In this document: positions 49,021-54,659 of the stretch, one piece after another | Numbering within the stretch: position 1 is the first letter of the stretch | Layout of the letters: each line of letters opens with the position of its first letter | NCBI GenBank assembly: GCA_039024555.1 | Contig: JBCCQQ010000045.1 | Coordinates: 1 to 54,659, forward strand | DNA length: 54,659 nt | Direction of reading: 5' to 3' | From: Cyanobacteria bacterium P01_D01_bin.156 | GTDB taxonomy: Bacteria; Cyanobacteriota; Cyanobacteriia; Phormidesmidales; Phormidesmidaceae | Program-made: the position numbers and the translations under genes | The notes under the pieces: generated by a model | Told to the model about the DNA's origin: nothing | Databases searched by the model: none | What the model saw: the letters and a program-made list of their open reading frames with translations, nothing else

Positions 49021-51120
49021 ATGACTGAAAAAAAACGGTTACAAGGGGTCAGTCCAGAAAAAACGGGGCTCATTTTACAGCGGGGGGGCGAGGAGCTTTG
49101 GCTGTATAAAGTGCCAAACTGGCTGACGCTCCGTTGTGAGACTCTTGCTCAACAGAATTCTTTGCTGGAAGAGTTACAACTGCGATGGCAGCCTGCAAAG
49201 GTTCTGTCAGTTGCCCAAGGTCAGCTGGCGGCGATCCAGGTAAAACGCCACCAGCTTGAGGATTGTCTGCAGCAGGCTCGGCGTCTGCCGGAAGTTCGTT
49301 TTGCGAGCCATGTTTATGAGTTAGCCGTCAGTCCTAATACTCATATTTATCTGTTGGAACAGCTGACAGTACAGTTTGTCGCAAATATGCCTCTCCGTAC
49401 CATTGATGAGTTGGCTAAGCAGTTAGGTCTTATTCGTGAAAGGGGGCTAGCGAATGTTGAACGCGCCTATGTTTTTCAGGTTGGTAAGTCGGCAGTGGAA
49501 AACCCTATTAAGCTTGCCAATCGTTTGATGCGCCACGAAGAGGTACTCGTGGCAGAGCCTAATGTGGTGGTGTCTACTGTTCCGTTATATCGCCCCCAAG
49601 ATGAGCTCTACAGCCAGCAGTGGCATCTACACCACCAAGGGGGGCGCGAGCTAGCTGTGAGCTCCCATATAAGTGCTGAAAAAGCTTGGGATATTACCCG
49701 TGGTAGCCGTTCAATAGTGATTGCGATTACCGATGATGCTTTTGATTTGAACCACCCTGACTTGCAGGGAATGGGCAAGTTGGTGGCTCCCCGCGACTTG
49801 AAAAATAAAGATGGTCTACCGATGCCGGCTCAAGCCTATGAGAATCATGGGACATCTGTGGCTGGATTGGCGATTGCAGAAGAAACCGGCGGTGGTGTGG
49901 TGGGTGTAGCCCCAGGCTGCAGTTTTATGCCGATTCAAACCACGGGCTTTTTAGATGACAAATCGATTGAGGAGCTGTTTGACTGGGCGGTTGCCCAGGG
50001 AGCATCGGTGATTTCCTGTAGCTGGTCTCCAGCAGCTGTTTATTTCCCTTTATCGTTTCGTCAACGTAATGCCATTAATCGGGCCGCAACTCAGGGACGG
50101 AATGGCAAAGGCTGTATCGTTCTGTTTTCAGCAGGCAATGCCAATCGCCCTTTGAATGGCAAGGTGCGTGAACTTGGCTGGCCCAGCAATGCTCTCAAGG
50201 GGATCACCGAGTGGTTAGGGGGCTTTGCTATGCATCCAGATGTGATTACTGTTTCGGCAACCACAAGTTTGAATCGCAAGGCTGTGTACAGCAACTGGGG
50301 CAAACAGGTATCGGTGGCGGCCCCCAGCAACAATGGAGCTCCCAGCATGGCCCTCCCCAGTGTGGGGCAGGTGCCGACAGGCCCACAGGTGAAGGGCGTT
50401 TTGGATGGGTTGGGAATGACCACTAGCGATCGCATTGGAGCCATTGGCTACAACCGTGGCAGCTATACCAGTACGTTTGGCGGTACCTCGAGCTCTTGTC
50501 CGGTGGTGGCTGGTGTTGTGGGCTTAATGTTATCTGCCAATCCAGACCTTTTAGCGAGTGAGGTCAAACAAATTTTACAAGACACTGCTGACAAAATTGA
50601 GGATACTAAGCCCGATCCCCAGCTCGGACTCTCCTATGGTCGCTACGATAACCGCGGTCACTCTCTTTGGTTTGGCTATGGCAAAGTCAATGCCTATCGA
50701 GCCGTTAAAGCCAGTCGCGATCGCTATTTGGCCACACGACGTCTCAGTAAAACCTTGGAACAAACCAGTGCGGTGACATTAACGATCCCAGCCAGTCGAA
50801 CGGCACTACAGCGAGCTGGAATTACGATCAATCAGCGGGGATTACTGCAGGATATCCAAGTCTATGTAGATGTTCGCCATCGCTTTTTAGGAGACCTCAC
50901 CATAGCCGTCAAATCTCCCCAAGGTAGAACTGTACTACTGCAAGGTCGTACCTTAGGACGACAAACCCAGCTGCGTAAAACCTATACCTTTGAAAACACG
51001 CCTGCACTAGCAGTTTTGATGAATCAAGGCATCCATGGGCGATGGCAGTTAGACATTGTGGACCATACTGAAACTCATCAAGGACAGTTGTTGCAATGGT
51101 CACTCAGACTGGGTACCTAG
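49021..51120 (+). CDS. S8 (subtilisin-like) serine peptidase with C-terminal P-domain
   Basis: ITDD, HGTSVAG, SAGN, GGTSSSCP; C-terminal H.FLGDL...SPQG...G.WQL.I.D. Start 49021 or 48979. Confidence 0.93.
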   Translation: MTEKKRLQGVSPEKTGLILQRGGEELWLYKVPNWLTLRCETLAQQNSLLEELQLRWQPAKVLSVAQGQLAAIQVKRHQLEDCLQQARRLPEVRFASHVYELAVSPNTHIYLLEQLTVQFVANMPLRTIDELAKQLGLIRERGLANVERAYVFQVGKSAVENPIKLANRLMRHEEVLVAEPNVVVSTVPLYRPQDELYSQQWHLHHQGGRELAVSSHISAEKAWDITRGSRSIVIAITDDAFDLNHPDLQGMGKLVAPRDLKNKDGLPMPAQAYENHGTSVAGLAIAEETGGGVVGVAPGCSFMPIQTTGFLDDKSIEELFDWAVAQGASVISCSWSPAAVYFPLSFRQRNAINRAATQGRNGKGCIVLFSAGNANRPLNGKVRELGWPSNALKGITEWLGGFAMHPDVITVSATTSLNRKAVYSNWGKQVSVAAPSNNGAPSMALPSVGQVPTGPQVKGVLDGLGMTTSDRIGAIGYNRGSYTSTFGGTSSSCPVVAGVVGLMLSANPDLLASEVKQILQDTADKIEDTKPDPQLGLSYGRYDNRGHSLWFGYGKVNAYRAVKASRDRYLATRRLSKTLEQTSAVTLTIPASRTALQRAGITINQRGLLQDIQVYVDVRHRFLGDLTIAVKSPQGRTVLLQGRTLGRQTQLRKTYTFENTPALAVLMNQGIHGRWQLDIVDHTETHQGQLLQWSLRLGT

Positions 51121-51683
51121 TTCGACACCTGCGGTTTGCTCAATTCATCAGTACCTATCAATGTAAAGCCTTCGCTGTTAGCGTCTAGACTGAAAATAAG
51201 CTATTGATAAGGTTGGTAACTGAGATACCAAATTGCTTAGCTTAAGATGTTAGGTTAATGACATAGCGTCCGTAACAAAAAAATATCCATTGTTACAAGC
51301 GTTATGCGCATACTTGCTGGCAAACTATCACGTTTATTTGCTTCTACCGGATGTGATGAACTTGCTTTGTAAGAGCATCAATCATCAGGGTTTGTGTTTA
51401 AGATGCGGTCAGATTTTTCAGGATGATGTCTGCCAATTTTCCTTCATCATTTGGATGTAAGAGGTGGGGCCGTATTGCTAAGCACCGTATTGAAACCTGC
51501 CAGTTTCTATGCAGGAATATATTTTTGAAAGATTTTTCCAACTTTTGCCTGGATACCGATATAAGGCCTGTAAAACTTGTTACCAGTGTTTAACCTAAGT
51601 GCTTATATTGCCAATGGCGTTTGTAGCTGGGTGTCTCGATATGTACTAGCGTCCATAACGTGTCTAGTGGACTATGGTCAAAA

Positions 51684-51757
51684 TCGGGATGACTGGATTC
51701 GAACCAGCGGCCCCTTCGTCCCGAACGAAGTGCGCTACCAAACTGCGCTACATCCCG
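51684..51757 (-). tRNA. tRNA-Pro (anticodon CGG)
   Basis: CGGGATGTAGCGCAGTTTGGTAGCGCACTTCGTTCGGGACGAAGGGGCCGCTGGTTCGAATCCAGTCATCCCGA folds as a cloverleaf; CCA not encoded. Confidence 0.97.
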
Positions 51758-52189
51758 TCTCAGGCAATATCCAGCAAATTCTAAGGTTGCCAAATTATCA
51801 TTAATTTAGCGGCCTCATCTGCTGTACTGCACACCAACCTAGGTTATCACACTAATTTGGGATGGTTTCTGGATAAATGCTATCAAAGTGTGGCCTCTGG
51901 GACTTGACCTGGTATTCAGAGGAATTGCAGTAGGTGCACGGCTACTACAAGAGACTTGCGCAATGCTTCATCGATACTTCATCGATAGGTCTTTGGGTTA
52001 GGGCGTTTCTTTATGAAACTCATGCTCAATTTGGCTTGAATTGTGAATTCTTATCGTACGGGTGCATATTTTCTTCAGTTTACTAACATGTGTAATTTCG
52101 CTGTTACAGAATGCTGCTGTCGGTCAAAAGTCTTAAGGAATTCTTGAGCTGCCCGATGTAGCGAAATGTAACCGTTTAGGAGACAATTC

Positions 52190-52681
52190 GTGATTGCCCT
52201 CAATATTGACTGTTCACATACTGCCAATACATTGACAGCAGATATCTTGAACATCTCTGATATCCCGGCGGGACTAGATTTACAGTCGTTAGCCCCCTTG
52301 GAAATGGTGACTAGTCAGTTTCCAAGGATTAGCTTTGGCTGTGCGATCGCAATAATTCCCTCTAACCCCCGGTTTATTGCCAAGGCAGGTGAACGGGTGC
52401 TGATGCCGACGGGCAATGATAATCGACTATCTATGGCCTTGGATGACAGTGTCGACTCATTTTGTTTATGGGGACGCTGCACTCAACCTATGCTGCTCAA
52501 AGTTCTGGAAAGCACTGGCAGAGTGTTACAAATTCACAGTGATAAAACCTTCCGTAATCCAGATGACTGCGAAGTTGCCCTGCTTCCTCTGCAGATTCTG
52601 AAACTGGAGAACATGAAAAATATTGCCATGGTAGAACTGTTTTCAGATGCACCGTTTACGATTGAAGGTGTATCTGTTTAG
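52190..52681 (+). CDS. Hypothetical protein
   Basis: 163-aa ORF, GTG start preceded by AGGAGA; no family recognised. Confidence 0.65.
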   Translation: MIALNIDCSHTANTLTADILNISDIPAGLDLQSLAPLEMVTSQFPRISFGCAIAIIPSNPRFIAKAGERVLMPTGNDNRLSMALDDSVDSFCLWGRCTQPMLLKVLESTGRVLQIHSDKTFRNPDDCEVALLPLQILKLENMKNIAMVELFSDAPFTIEGVSV

Positions 52682-53011
52682 AATGGCGAATCCCTAAATT
52701 TTACACTTCATAAATTGGAAGAGAAATGTGCTGTTTAGGCAACTCTTTTAAGGATTCGTTAGTCCATTTCAGTAGGCTAAGTTCACAAAAGAACAATGCT
52801 CATGAGTTCTACCCCCTAGCATTGGCTAAGGTCACTGGTTAAACTGCTGGTGAGAGTTATGATTTGGCACCCATCGTTTGTAACCGTGATGGCTGAGAGC
52901 TGCCAATAGCAATGGCTATGTGCGGTAGAAAACGGCTGAATGCATACAGCATTTTCCATAGCTTCTCATCCAGATTGGTGCATTCTTAGATACGGTATTA
53001 CTGAAATAATT

Positions 53012-54475
53012 ATGGCAACTGCATTATCTCCATCTGTATTCGTAGGTAAGTCAATTAAATTCGGAACTGACGGCTGGCGTGGAATGATTGCCGCCGACTT
53101 TACGTTTGAGCGCGTTGAACTAGTCGCTGCTCTATCCGCTAAGGTTTTAGAAGAATGTTATGGCAGCAATGGCAGCCGCACGGTGATTGTGGGGTATGAC
53201 CGTCGATTTCTGTCTCCTGAATTTGCAGGTCATGCGGCTGAAGCCATTGCTCAGGCTGGCTATGATGTACTGCTTTCTGAATGTTTTGCTCCTACTCCTG
53301 CATTTAGCTGGGCAGCCCATGATAAAGGTGCCCTTGGAGCAATTGTCATTACTGCCAGCCATAACCCTGCAGCCTACTCTGGTCTGAAGGTAAAAGGTGC
53401 GTTTGGTGGCTCTGTACCACCGGATGTGACCAAGAAGGTTGAAGCGCTGTTGCCCCAGGGAAAACCCGCTGCCGATCAGCCTGGTACGATCACGACTTTT
53501 GACCCCTGGCCCAGCTATTGTCAAGCGCTACAAAGCATGGTGGATATTGAAGCGATCCGCGCAGCTATTGGTAATGGTGAGCTGGCTGTGTTTGCTGATG
53601 TGATGCACGGTTCAGCAGCGGGTGGCTTTGAGAAAATTTTGGGTATGCCCATTAATGAAATCAACGGAGATGCTGATCCGTTGTTTGAAGGGGGAGCGCC
53701 TGAACCGTTGCCCAGATATATTCCTAAGCTCTACAAGGCGATTAAAGAACGGTATCAGGCGGGTACTGATGGACTTACGGTAGGCATCATTTTTGACGGA
53801 GATAGCGATCGCGTTGCTGGTATGGATGGTCAAGGTGAGTTCCTCAGTTCCCAGGTGCTGATTCCTATTTTGATTGACCATCTTAAGGCGCAGCGTGGGT
53901 TTGACGGTGAAGTCATTAAGACTATCAGTGGCTCTAACTTGATGCAAAAAGTGGCTGAGCTCCATAGCCTTTCCGTTCACGAAACCCCTATTGGCTATAA
54001 GTACATTGCCGATCGCATGCTGGAAGCTAAGGTTCTGATTGGTGGGGAAGAATCCGGTGGCATTGGCTATGGTCACCATATTCCTGAGCGGGATGCTCTC
54101 CTGTCAGCCCTGTATCTGTTAGAGGCTGTGGTCAAGAGCGGTAAGGACTTTGGTCAGCTCAATCAAGCCCTACGTCAGCAAACCGGATTTGAAGGGGCCT
54201 ATGACCGAATCGATCTGCCCCTGGCGAATATGGATGTCCGAGCCAAGCTACTAGAACAGCTAACAACTGCGACTCCTGCTGAAGTGGCTGGTAAAACCGT
54301 TAGTGATGTTTTATCCATCGATGGTTACAAGTTCACCCTAGCTGATGGTAGCTGGTTGCTCATTCGCTTTAGCGGAACTGAGCCTGTGCTAAGACTCTAT
54401 TCTGAAGCCGCCACTCTAGAAGAAGTACACAAACACCTGAACTGGGCTAAGGATTGGGCCGAGTCTGTAGGCTAA
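53012..54475 (+). CDS. Phosphoglucomutase/phosphomannomutase family protein
   Basis: FGTDGWRG, TASHNP, DGDSDR, GGEESGG, RFSGTEP; start placed at MATALS. Confidence 0.95.
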   Translation: MATALSPSVFVGKSIKFGTDGWRGMIAADFTFERVELVAALSAKVLEECYGSNGSRTVIVGYDRRFLSPEFAGHAAEAIAQAGYDVLLSECFAPTPAFSWAAHDKGALGAIVITASHNPAAYSGLKVKGAFGGSVPPDVTKKVEALLPQGKPAADQPGTITTFDPWPSYCQALQSMVDIEAIRAAIGNGELAVFADVMHGSAAGGFEKILGMPINEINGDADPLFEGGAPEPLPRYIPKLYKAIKERYQAGTDGLTVGIIFDGDSDRVAGMDGQGEFLSSQVLIPILIDHLKAQRGFDGEVIKTISGSNLMQKVAELHSLSVHETPIGYKYIADRMLEAKVLIGGEESGGIGYGHHIPERDALLSALYLLEAVVKSGKDFGQLNQALRQQTGFEGAYDRIDLPLANMDVRAKLLEQLTTATPAEVAGKTVSDVLSIDGYKFTLADGSWLLIRFSGTEPVLRLYSEAATLEEVHKHLNWAKDWAESVG

Positions 54476-54659
54476 ACCCGTGACGTCGGTGGCTGGCATA
54501 GGCACCCTCATAGCAAACCCCTGAAAGGGAGACACAACAGCTAAAGCGTATCTAGGACAGCTTCTATAGCTCTTAGCCCTCGTAAATGATACTCAATTTT
54601 GTTTCGGTCGAGTCTCATCAACGCCTGAACGTGTTTGTGGCAACGGTGCCAAAAAGGAA

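Noticed and set aside
51684..51757. tRNA-Pro as an integration site
   Set aside because: No integrase and no duplicated tRNA 3' end seen in the window.
51577..51804. ORFs overlapping the tRNA
   Set aside because: Artefacts of the tRNA-Pro gene.
51966..51987. CTTCATCGATA tandem duplicate
   Set aside because: Real but only 11 bp x2, with no supportable function.
54511..54570. GCAAAcccctGAAAgggaGAC resembling the P2 stem of a c-di-GMP-I riboswitch
   Set aside because: GACAC instead of GACGC, a mismatched stem and no proper P3 stem; an Infernal search with the c-di-GMP-I model would settle it.

Overview
Chromosomal window from a cyanobacterium, inferred from recurrent HIP1 octamers (GCGATCGC), ycf3, ndhP, nrrA and argZ/agrE; a filamentous lineage is plausible but not established. 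Most of it is housekeeping or conserved-hypothetical: argZ, moaE, pyrB, mpg, gatC, ycf3, aroA, hisH, grxD/bolA, a phosphohexomutase, tRNA-Pro(CGG), two peptide ABC binding proteins and two PEP-CTERM proteins. The left end is the most unusual part. A P-loop ATPase gene overlaps the start of a >1200-codon gene missing from the ORF track (start 3604, minus strand, open to the window edge). That gene encodes an N-terminal alpha/beta domain, a helical region, a STAND NTPase, a TM helix and WD40 repeats. Its two visible WD40 units are nucleotide-identical except at two adjacent codons, and it carries three GC-rich palindromic repeats translated in frame. Other notable items are an unannotated ndhP, a canonical NtcA promoter upstream of an NrrA with Glu at the phosphoacceptor position, and a candidate ~63-nt two-hairpin sRNA at 43092-43155. 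No CRISPR array, transposase, integrase or rRNA was seen. All calls come from reading the sequence and recalled family motifs; no database searches were run.
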